Assembly (NCBI GenBank): GCA_030141605.1
Contig: JAQGDQ010000087.1
Span: 310,001 to 374,000 of the forward strand
Direction: 5' to 3'
Length of the DNA: 64,000 bases
Source of the DNA: Tubiluchus corallicola
Taxonomy: Eukaryota > Animalia > Priapulida
The notes under the pieces: generated by a model
Told to the model about the DNA's origin: nothing
Seen by the model: the letters and a program-made list of their open reading frames with translations, nothing else
Database searches by the model: none
In this document: positions 29,101 to 41,000 of the stretch, in pieces
How the letters are laid out: the number at the start of each line of letters is the position of its first letter
Position numbering within the stretch: the first letter of the stretch is position 1
Translations under genes and position numbers: made by a program

Positions 29101-32100
29101 TTAATAGACTCAGTTGCTTAATTGACTCAAAAACACCTGGAATGGGCTGCTTCTATTCAAGTGTATATAAAAACTGTCAGTAATTGACTCAAATAACTCC
29201 ACATAATTGACTCAATATTTTTACCTCATGCATTTAAAATAAGATACTTGTGTGTAACCAAAGAGCCTTTACTACTTTTATGTCATCTTTACATCGATTT
29301 TGTGCACAACAAAATACGTAGAAACAGTCAGTTGGGTACAGCTTTTGTTTGTGAGCAGTACAGTACATTTACCATATGCGCAAATATGTTGGCGTAGCGG
29401 TTTTGCTGTGAATATGTCACCTGCTTATCCGCTGCAATTAACCTCATTGTTTCTGTAAACCAGACATTTAATCGGTTGCCCAGCAGTTTGCTTTTGAAGT
29501 TCCTGCTACTTTTCACAAGGCCATCTCAAGCAATTGCGGCTCAAGCACAAGGTGACTTTCTTAAGTGAATATGTGCAGTATGCAGTAACATATTTTCAAT
29601 GTTTTTATCACTATGAGAATCTCATAAACCAACGTCTTCGTGAAGAAATGATGCAACCGACCTCCATGAATTTTTGTAATTTTTAATGGTAATAATCAGA
29701 TTTTTGCAATTTTTTTCTTTTTTTATTAATTCACTTATATAATTTATGCTTCTTAAATAATTGCACATAGGTATTTTTGATATTAATTCGTTTCTAAAAT
29801 TCATTTAAAGCTTTGCAATGCATACTAAGGTGATGAATGATGACTCGTACTTGTATAGTAGTAATATACTAAACCCTTCGGCTAATTGACTCAGTCAGTT
29901 AATTGGGTCAAAACACTTCTGTCCCAAAGTGAGTCTATTAAGCGGCGCCTGCTGTACGTGCATGCATGGACCTATATGGCAAGCGACTAGTTTTATTCAT
30001 ACGAGCATAGCAGTCATGGAAATATTTATGCAAAGGGGTATGGAAAAATAAATGAAAAAGCCTTCAGCATCTCTGAACCATGCCTTGTACGGAGAAAGAT
30101 AAACGAGTTCAACCATGCAAAGGAATTAAACAGGCTGTTTAAATAGATAACAGAAAGATAGAAAAGTAGCCATAAAAATGGTTCTCATACTTTAACTCGG
30201 TTGACTTAGTATCAGAAGAATAAAATTTAAAAAATTAAGATCCATACTCTTACCCCAAAATGCTTAGGCATATTTTCCCGTTCTTGTACAAATTAGGGTT
30301 GAACCTGACTTTGCCATCACCTGTTGTGACTAATTTAACTCGAGGAGGTCTGATTGGGTAATCTGGAGGGCACCTGAAAGAAATCAACCACCTATAGTAC
30401 ACACACATCTATAGTGCAATTAATCATTTGTCTTTCAATAATAACCTTATAAATTCCTAAAACTAAAATAAGCTACTAAATTATAGGAAATTTTAGGAAA
30501 AATGGCGTTCTGTCTAAAATTCTGCACACAGTAAAGTCTGACAATGTAAAAATTATAAAATTGTGAAGGAAAGTAGTTTCTTTAAATTATAATTAAAAAG
30601 AACAGAAATTTTAAGGATGTGCCACTTTTAATCACACATCATAAATAGTAGTGATGTGCCATTTTTAATCATGCACAATTTTACTACAATATGAAAACTT
30701 ATATTATAAGAGTATTTTCACAAGATACAAATCAGCTACTAATGCTTACTGACTCGCCATTATATAATTGAGAAAAAGCCAAATGGTTCTAACTATGATG
30801 AACTAAGGCATCTATGATGCATTAGGTCCAGTATTCAAACAATTTCAGCTACAGTGTCATAGAGATGGGTTTTGTCCTACAAAATATATGGAGTATATGC
30901 TAGATGACTGATAACAACTTTTAGATGGTGGAAAATTCAATACTTTTTAGCATCCAATACAATAAGCATCATACAAAATGGCAACCCTGGCCAAAAGTTA
31001 GCCATAAAACATGTGGAACATTGAACATATCCGCATCCTGCGTTCCCGGAAAGAACGATGTTATAATAATCATTGTGTTTTACATTTTAAATTAAATAAT
31101 TTTCAATGACTGTGTCAAGTAAGTATATCGAATGTACAAAAAAATTATAAAATTCCCGGCCGGGTGTGTGATAAAAAATATTTTCCATGCAATTAGATGG
31201 AAACAGAAATAATTTTATTATCGGCCTGACATATAACTGAAACAAGAGTACGTACCCATTTCAACAAAAATTAAAGTACTTACCAATAATTTTGCCACAG
31301 AAGAAAGCATTAACTTATTGCAGTAATAATTACATATTGGTATGTGGCATTGAGCAAATTTTGATATTTGTTCATTTGTGATATCATTTTATTTTGTCCT
31401 TAGCATGTTAAAAAGACATGCACCAGCATGATGTTAATAATTATGAATATTGGCACTAATGAGGAATATTTATATACAAGCTTACCTTATCAAGAAATAA
31501 AAAAATCCACCTTCATAAGGAGTATCAAATGGACCAGTAATCAATGCATGTATTCGGGTTATGTCCTCCCTGTCTGGCACCACAAACATTCCTGGTGGTG
31601 GCTCATTATAAATTGTCATAATATCCCTGCAACAAGCAATTCTTAGTTGACCAAGTATGTACATTGCAATTTATCACCTCTAGAAAATTGCAAACACAAT
31701 AACAAATAATTTATTTTATTAACTTAAACTTTTATTGTCTCAGTTTTCGTTTTTAAGATAGGGTCTAGCTGCCCCTTAAGACCCACTGTGACCCAGGCCT
31801 TTTAAATTGAGCTTGAACATGATTTTGCATCATAACAATCATACTCAAAGCAAACATTGATAAACACTGTGACCGACAGTTACTGAATGATCTACTACAA
31901 CTTGAAGTTCAGTTTTCGCAGAGCAGAACATTGTTGGAAATACTGTAACATTGTGAGCAACAGTACTTTCTCTACCTAACAACAGACGCTAGCAGTGTAG
32001 CGTACAGGGTGTTATCTCAGACATGGCCGCATGTGCACAACAGCCAAATACCACTATGCTGGGCAGTGAAGCAAACAGTACTACCTTCACATAATTTAAC

Positions 32101-33049
32101 ATTGTTCGGGTTTATTTATTCCATAATTAATTTTTTGACTACAGCATTTAATTCGAGAAGAAACTATACCAAATTTATTGGTGTACGCAAGAGATTGAAA
32201 TGGTTTCTTAATGGGATCTCTATAGTAACTTACACATTCTACACAAAGAAATTATCTCTTCGAATCTTAAAATGTCATTAATAAGATTATAATTTTTTTA
32301 TGAAACTGTCAAATAACATTGTAAGATGTAACTGTAGAATAACTTTAATGAAACCCTTGAGTTATTAAGGATTTTAATTTTTTTGGACATTTTCAAATTT
32401 ATGTACAACATTGTTTTAGGCACTTATAGTTACGATGGTCTTTAATTTGTATACAGGAATATTGACTCATAACTCTCGGACATTAAACTGTCAACACATA
32501 CCATACAAATAGTATAGCAGCTAATGCAGTACAGCCAACAGTGTGCTCACATGGATGGTAAGTAGTTCAAAGCTCAAGCAGATTTCAAGTGTACTGGTAT
32601 TGGTCGTCGCTGTAAAATTTAGCCAAACCAGACTTAAAGGTATTTATCGATGGAGCCTCAACTAAGTCCAAGGCAATGGGAATTGTTCAAATCATTAATA
32701 ACTCTATGCTTATACAATTTTGAGTGTTTGGTGGTGTTATCTCGTTTTTTAACAGTTTTTTTTATCGTGACAGTGGAATGTAAAGTGACTGTAGTCTAGA
32801 ACACAGTAGCAGGAGTAGTAGTATACAGTCACTGAGCATTGTAATCATGCTCAAGTGAATTTAACTATTTCACTTGAGCAGGCTACAGTTACAAACAAAA
32901 ATTAGGGTTTACCTTTTAATTCTCAAAATACATCTTGTTGTCGGCGTTTCTTTTTCCCAATCCTTACTTAATAACGGATCCCAGGTGCTTGCTTGCTGGC
33001 CCGTGAATTCGTTTTGAAGAAAAGCCAATGTAGAACTACCTTCAGCCAT
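26138..33049 (-). CDS. UBE2Z: Ubiquitin-conjugating enzyme E2 Z (USE1), complete, 296 aa
   Basis: 7 exons: 32913-33049, 31486-31626, 30254-30373, 27782-27893, 27339-27463, 26575-26665, 26138-26302 (891 nt). Motifs: [86 protein letters not shown]. Confidence 0.97.
28113..28694. mobile_element. Non-autonomous TIR element (PIF/Harbinger-like ends)
   Basis: TIRs ggccatccacatataacgat / atcgttttgtgtggatggcc; subterminal direct repeat ending gcaaggtaggtagg at both ends. Confidence 0.65.
29073..29954. mobile_element. pogo/Tigger-like MITE, copy 1
   Basis: TIRs cagtgggcgccgtttattagactca / tgagtctattaagcggcgcctgctg, TA TSD; homologous to 57014-57779. Confidence 0.88.
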
Positions 33050-33083
33050 GTTTGTACTTCTGCGTTTTTTCACATGATAAAGA

Positions 33084-33091
33084 TGACGTCA
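33084..33091. promoter_or_regulatory. Palindromic CRE upstream of UBE2Z
   Basis: tgacgtca 35 nt upstream of the ATG; ETS-like ccggaagt at 33746-33753. Confidence 0.4.
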
Positions 33092-34142
33092 TGCTGCAGA
33101 TGTATTCTATTGCATTGTAAAGAGTTCTGCTATTGCCTGTAAGAGCATGAGATCAACAAATTTCGTGCGACGGTGATGCAACAGAAAGGTGTTTGTTTTT
33201 ATTTTGACAACAAAAAAGTTCAAATTATTGACATGTATAGATGAACATCTGATAAAATAAAAGAATCTCATTTTGAGTTAGTAAAATGGCCAATATTAAA
33301 TTTGGCTTCAATATTAATGTTTTTGAAGTGAAATAAGCCCACTTCTTGGGCGATTCCAACATTTGCTTAACTGTATATCATTTTTATTTTGTCTCGCTTC
33401 ACAGACAGGTAATCCGTTCACTACCTCTTGGACAAATAATTGTTTTCTACTAAGTAAACGGGCTAGCGAGCTATGTGCCCTATATAGTTTCTCTCTTTAA
33501 AGCATTAGATACTTAGTTTAATGTTATGATGATGTTAATTGGGCTAATAATAATGATGATATTATTGTAAAAAATACATTGTAAATTGTCAAGGAGTATC
33601 CATCATCATTATGAAGTTATTTTTTCTAAAACAAATTCAGTTTTACATTTTGTTATGTCATAATTCTTGACAGAAATCGCCAGTGTCCTACTTGGGCTGC
33701 CTATGTACGACACTGCTTTTCCGCAAATTTAGCACATACGTTTTACCGGAAGTGTCCTACTTCGGCTAGTGGGTTACTCGGCGCCCTACAGTGAGGACTG
33801 GACACTGGTCAGTGACAACAGATATGTTTGCTATGAGGAATTGCATGATGTACATATAACTTGCCTAAACTGCAGTATTGTGTTAATACAATTATTCTGT
33901 TAATTAACTACCCTAGATAGATACCAAAAAACTGCAATGACTGTTTGTATGTTGGCTGTTATCCAATCAAAATCTCAGTGCATTTGACTCCATAAGTAAA
34001 TTGTTGGCCAGCATAAATCATTTTTAGTGGTTTTATTACTACTTAATTTATATTGCCGAATTAACCAAGTTGTTGCACAGGTTACAGTTCACTATATGTA
34101 TATACACACACACACACATATATATATAGATATATACACATA

Positions 34143-34661
34143 CAGTCTAACATCGTTATCTCGCCCCTCGTTATGCCGCCAAACTCGTCTCTTGCCATAG
34201 AAAGTACCAGGACGGATTTCTTGCTTTGATATTTACCTCGTTAAGTCGCCACCCTCGCTTCTCGCCCTTGCCACGTCATGCTAGGATGAGTGCTTATGTA
34301 AACTATATTTGTTATGTCGCCAAACAGACAAACTCAGAGGTGAATCGATCAATACTGTACATATACCACGTGTCGATCAATATAACCGCGGTATGTAGAC
34401 AATGCTGCTGTACTCGATAGACAGACATAATTAATCTAGTGTGTGTCTCACCAGGATTAGATTAGGAGTGCTACTGTATTTAGTGCGAAATTTGATCAGG
34501 CAGCAGCAGCTGTCGACACACTGATGCGATACTTTGAACAGTCTGACAGAGTCACAAGCGACGGTATTCAAGGATTGTGTTTGATTAAACATCGTGTTGA
34601 CTGCTTACGTGTATCATCAATGAAACAGTCGTCTCTTCTGAATTATTTCAGTCGTCAGTAA
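34143..34661 (+). mobile_element. Truncated pogo/Tigger element with transposase C-terminal remnant
   Basis: Left end ta|cagtctaacatcgttatctcgcc; 34485-34661 translates AKFDQAAAAVDTLMRYFEQ...MKQSSLLNYFSRQ* (PIP-box-like QxxLxxYF, as in pogo transposases); no right TIR seen. Confidence 0.7.
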
Positions 34662-35085
34662 CTCATTTGTGAACATTTCTAAATAGTGGTATCTAAAACA
34701 TTTCACTACTGACAAAAAACACAAAAAAATTCATACATATAAACAGACTTTTTGCCATGCACAAAGTAACAAAAATTGTTTACACAGCTTAATACATAAA
34801 AATCCAATATAATTCTTAACATGTATGAATTCAAATCCATGCACTAAACAACATTGTTATACGAGTTTGATAACTCAACAATTTAAATAGACAAAATGTG
34901 ATAAGTTTACAAAATAACAAGTAAGTAAGATAGCAGTGGCATTTTCTACAAAGCAAATGCATACGGAGAATAAAATGTTGTTTAATAGGTTTAACAACCT
35001 ATTATTGTAAAGTTAGAACAACACCACACTTACTATGACTAATAAACATAAAGTTTAGCCAATTAAGTGAGCGGTTTTGGCTTAC

Positions 35086-38000
35086 CGGGATAAGTATCAT
35101 CACTACAACCGCCTTGCCTGCTCACTACTGTTGGATGTTCATAAAGCAAAAAGATTAGTTTAGCAGGTCGTGACACGTATGCTTGGTATTCAGACGTAAT
35201 GAGATTATATCTGTATAGCACCTGCTCAGTGGATAAACGTCGCCAAACCTCAAAAAATTTCTCGTGTGCCTTTGCTGCTATAATTTTCTGCTCCTCCTAG
35301 GAAAATGTTTATGGAAAAAATTATTAAAGATAACAGTCATTTACATTCACAATAACTCCAAAAAATAATCACTTTTTGGAAGTGAAACTTTCAGAAAGAG
35401 GAACTGAAAAACGAAACTTTCAGAAATCCAAGATTACTTCACTTAATAATAAAATATCAGCAAAAAAATGTTGGTAAATAAGTTAAACTTCATACTAAAA
35501 TAAGCCAACTTACGTCATCGCAATTCGTCTTCCAGTCAAAGCATAAATTCACGCATATGTCAATAGCGGAAACCTTTCCCGATCCCATGGGCAGCTGCCC
35601 GACGACCCAACGTGCAGAAGCAACTGCATGATGCCTATTCTCGATTTTTAACAATAACGGGTGAACAATCGCAAACAGCTGTAAAAACATAAAACACAAA
35701 TGATGCATCATACGAGCAATTTTAAAAAACACACGAGTACTACGGCGACAAAACAAGAACAACCAGCAAGAATGCACAAAAACAAACAGTCACATCTTAT
35801 ACAAAAAATAGCACACAAAACTATAAATCGTCACAACGTTAAATTACAAGCAGCATTTACCATCTCATATAAAATATCTCAATTCGAAATAATACCACAG
35901 ACCACCTATCTGTTCGCTATCCAGCCTCGGCGCTGCTTAATTTTACTGCACCTACCCAATGTGGCTCGAACAAACTTTTCGTAAAAGGAAAACCAACCTG
36001 ACGATAAGATTCTCCAAAATTTCGTAAATTTTCTTTGCTGTCGTGTTCAGCTGGTTGATGGTCACGGCAATACTGCTCCACAACGTTATTTATTGCAGTC
36101 ATATAAACCTTATCTGCTTCAAGCTGCAATTAAGATGCACACATTACAAACTGGTTAGTGATGCACAATGCAAAAGTTTAGAGGCTCTTAGACAATAACG
36201 AACCTGACAATGGTGTTTAGAAAGAATAAATTAAAAACAAATAAGAACCAATGTTGATAAGTTTAACCTATTACGTACAGACAGTCGTCAACTTACGACC
36301 ACAATTAGGGGTGAGCATCGAAGGTTCAAGTTCTAACGCTCGAATTCGTTTCGGACGAGTTTTTTAGTTCGAAATCGATTCAAACCTAAAATTATAGATT
36401 CGAATAAATCAGCACCTCAACCGTGTACGTTCCCTATCATTAAAACGTTTGAAACATCGTGCAATTAGCGTAATTTGGCTGTGATTTCTGTGTACAAGTT
36501 TTGAAGAAATTATTAGTGGTTTTACTGCAGAACAAAATCGAGTAATATGCATGATCTTTGCAAAACCAGTTTTTACTGGTGGTTCAAAATTCTTTCAATC
36601 TCAATTCGAATTCGATTCGAATTCGAAATACGGAAATTCGGCTCGATGCGCATTCGAAAGTCTCGAATTCGATTCGATTCGAATTCGCTTTCGAGTAGAG
36701 AATGCTCACTAATAACAATAATAACAACAATCAGTTCAGGATGATTGATTATAAGACGACTTGGACGCAAGTCAGACCTGTATGTTCGAGCGGTACTGTG
36801 GAAATAGAAGGAAATATGAGTTACCATTAGTTTTTATACGATTAATTAATTATGTTGTGGTAGAGGCGTAAAGCCAAACAGTCGTAAGTTGCCCAGGTCG
36901 TAAATCAACGACTACCTGTAAAAAGCAGTTACCATATGCATCCCGTATTTGTAATTAATTTTAAACCTTACCATGTGCAGTATTCTATATTCAACAGCAC
37001 TCTATCGCTCAAGGTACATGACACTTGCACTCATTTTGCAACACAGTTAGTTTTTCGACTTTACAAGCAGGAGGAAAGCACTTTGCTAAAATGAACGACT
37101 TAGCCTTGCAGTCATCCAAAGTCACTCACACATACATGACATACTGCTGATTCAGTTATGACACCATAACATAATTATCACACTCACAAACAATCAAAAA
37201 ACAATAATGTTGATACCCCAAAAAGTGTGGTTATAGGTATCCATTGATGAACAGTGTGTTGGTCGAGCTCAAGCTCTGAAAGACAAAAATGCTAATTAAG
37301 TTAATAAAATAGAAAGCGTCTTAGTCTTAAAAACATGGAGCTACTTTAATTACCATGATCAATGAGCTTCAGATTGGGTTACAAATAAGGATGTTAACAA
37401 TAACAATTACCCTATCGATACGAAGTTTCTTTTATCGCACAGATATTATTCTAGGAATATCATTATCGTATCGAATTTGGTACGCATATTCCTTATCTCT
37501 TATCTTTATCAAATTGCCCAACTTTTCTTTTCTATTTATTCACAGTAATTATGTAAAGAAGTGGATAAAAAGAATTACTTTAAATTATAAGCTTGTCAGA
37601 GCCGGAATCATTTTCTTGTACTTTTGCCTGGCAATAACGGCTATCTTCATTCTGAATCATACTGACAAAGTATAGAGACTCCTTTATACACTCTGATACT
37701 AGCGCGTGGATGTCAAATACACCTGTACTGTATTTTTAGTGTCACTTTTCCGGTCATGTGCAGCTCACAAGGACAAATATTTTAATGCAGTAATATGTTT
37801 TTCTCTCACAGCTTAGTTATTTGTGAGTCGTTATGACAAAGAAACTTGCGTTTCATAACTAGCAACCATTTGAATACACTGAATCACTTAACAATTTTAG
37901 TTACTAATGATACTTTTCCTATTGTTGCATAAATTGTGGAACTTCAGAATCGTTTTTATCCTTCGAAATAACTTATCATATCGTATTGTCTAAAAAATAG

Positions 38001-41000
38001 TTTACCGTTATAGTATCACATCTCATCGTTGTCGTATCGCTTAACGTCCTAGTTACAAAATCTAAAACTGATTTAAATGTGCAAAAAATCAGAAGCCAAT
38101 GTAACTGCTAAAATGGATTTTACCTACAGTTCATGTGCTCTAAAGTTTCATAATTCGCAGCTGCAAAACACAAATTTTGAATTGTTTTTTCCTTGCACAT
38201 GAAAATTGTATGCTGCTTTGTATCTGGTACAAGATGGATTGTAAACCGGAAATTTATACGATTTTTATGATTAATGAGCAGCTCAGTCACACAAAATATC
38301 CTGTTTAAATACGTTCTGGTAATAAATAAGAGGTCCACACTGATTGAGAAACGAGAAATACATTGAGAACTTACTGATGATCTTCCAAGGTGCTGAGCGT
38401 AAAGCATGGAAAGGAAGTCTGCTCTCAGCAAGAGGTGAAATCTTTTGTGACACACGAAACATCTGTAAAATGAAATGCATGATGCTATAAAAAATTACAG
38501 GAAAAATAAAACTCAATCAGAAAGCAAACAGATGAATAGCAGAGTTGATACTCACTAATAAGTTAACTAATACTTCGGTATAAATTAAATTATAAGAATC
38601 GTAGCCTTTGGGAGTGTAATACAGGAAACGAAAAGTAAAAAAACTGGAAGGCATTAAACAGCAGCAGAATTTTAAATGAAATATTTCAAACAGGTTGGAA
38701 TTATATGGTTGTGAAGATGGTGATACTGCTGAACCAGATGTACTGTATGTGAAAAACTTAGTGAATCAGTGTCTCAAAAAGTTTACATTGAAAAGGGCTG
38801 AAAGAAAATCTAGCCATAAAAATGTGAATGAAGACTGTGCTGCAGAAACTCTAGAAATTTTGATTGCTCCTTATGACCCAAGATCTACAATGAGGTCAAT
38901 TTCAAATTTAGTGGTAGACAGGTAATTAACTTCATATAATTAGTACACTATAATACATGTATAAGCCCGACACACAAGTACCATTATACTTTAATATATG
39001 CAACAAACATTCAATTTTGCAGGTGGGTGCATGGGGAAGGGGTTGAACATGGAGGAGGGGGGCGTTAAAAATACTTTTGCCTAGGGTACCAAACTACCTA
39101 GAGCACCCCTGCTCATTGAAGTGTACAAATTCATCTTTAAGTAAATATATAGCATTCAAATTTACCTCGTCACTCTCCTCTTGTGCAGATGTGAAATTTT
39201 TCTCGTAATCAGTAGCTGGACAGCGTCTACGGTAATTCACTAAGTATCCTAGCAACTGGAGGTTTTGTTTAGTCGTAGAAGTAGGTTCAATCTCATCTAT
39301 CTTAGAAAATACAAATTCTAGCAGTTCATAACTGTAGGGGCACATCTGAAAAATTCCAAAAATATTATGAGAGAAACGATTTCTTTCTCAGTTTTAACCG
39401 TGGTCACAGCTCTTAACCTTATTCAGTCAAAGATTGGAAATCTAAATATGGGATTTTGTTCAATTGTAACTGTTCTAAACAAGTGAACGTCATATGAAAA
39501 CAGATTGCATTAGAAAAATTTCTCTATAGTAATCAGGGCATAACACGTATGCAAAAATATGTTAAAACAACTCTGAGTATCAAGTATCTTCATTACTACT
39601 TTACATAAAAAATGTTCTTCCATCAAGACAAAATTTAAAATGTAAACGTTATATTATACCAAAAAATTCATGCTTAAAAATGTACATTTTAATAAAACAA
39701 TTTAGAATTTTATAACATCTAATTAAGCAAATTTTAACATCCACCTCGTGAATTTATGAAAATACATTTTAACAAAAACCATGCAAACAGAAAAGGTTAA
39801 CCTTGGTAAGTATCTGGGTGAGTTTTTTAACAAACACTCGTAACTGGCATTCAAAGCTGTGACTAATATATTCCAATTTTGTCATCAATTGCTTTAGTTC
39901 ATCCACTTTCTTGTCGTTAACAAATGGAGCAATGTCTGTATTCAGTAACAAATGTTCAAGATATAAACTCAGGGCATCGTCCATGTCAAGTTTGAAAGTT
40001 CTGCGAGAAATAAAATCAAATTTAGATATTAGAAACTAGCCATACAACATAAAATAAAAATGAACTTTCAAAATAAAAAAGCAAAAGCTCTACAAAGTTA
40101 AAAATGAAAATAGATCTTATATAAAGAATGAACCCGAAATATTTAAATTCATATCATGAGACTTTCTTATCAAGACACATTAGTTGTTACACTGCAATTT
40201 AGATGCATTCAAATTGAGTACAGAACTAAACGGCTTCTAAAATGTTTTCTCAAGAAAAACAGCAGGAATTGATCGCCAGCAGGAGTGAAGGGTTGCACAT
40301 ATGAAAATTGTGACAGGCAAGTTTTGGGTGTTTTTTTAATAAAGGGAAGATATCAATATTAAATGCAAGATTAGCCAACTGGTCACAGAATGTATGCTTT
40401 CACAAGTAAAGTTAAGCCACAATCTCAGATTAAAAGCATATGTTCGATAATAAGCCTGTCTCCAGTAATGCCATAAGCATTGCTTTGTGTAAGCCTTGCT
40501 CACATGCTGAATGGTGGCTTGAAATATGCCAAAATCTATTAAAAAAACTCATTAAACGAGACATGTGGAAGACCATAACTCAAAATAAATACAGTTGTTT
40601 GTAATTGAATTAGAAAACTGAGCAAGCAGTAAAACTGGATTCATGTTTGCCCAGAAAATTTACTGTTTACATATCTAGTTGAAATGATGCAGTGCACATA
40701 AACTCTGGAGAAAGACAAAGAAGAAAGGATTATTACTATGTTGTGCCTGTTTATCCAGGTAATTTATGTATTAAATCATCTTCCTCTAAATTAAAGTAAT
40801 TGCAACAATAAAAGTAGGAATCAATATTGAAAATCCCTGACACTAATAAGGCATGAAAAGTTTTGAATACTAAATAATACCTACATATATCTGGTGGGCC
40901 AAAAATATGTGCGGAAGTTTTGATCACGATATTACAAGAAAATAAGGGAATCAACACAATATTGCCAGGCAGATGTCACAGACTCTTTTGTATAAATACC

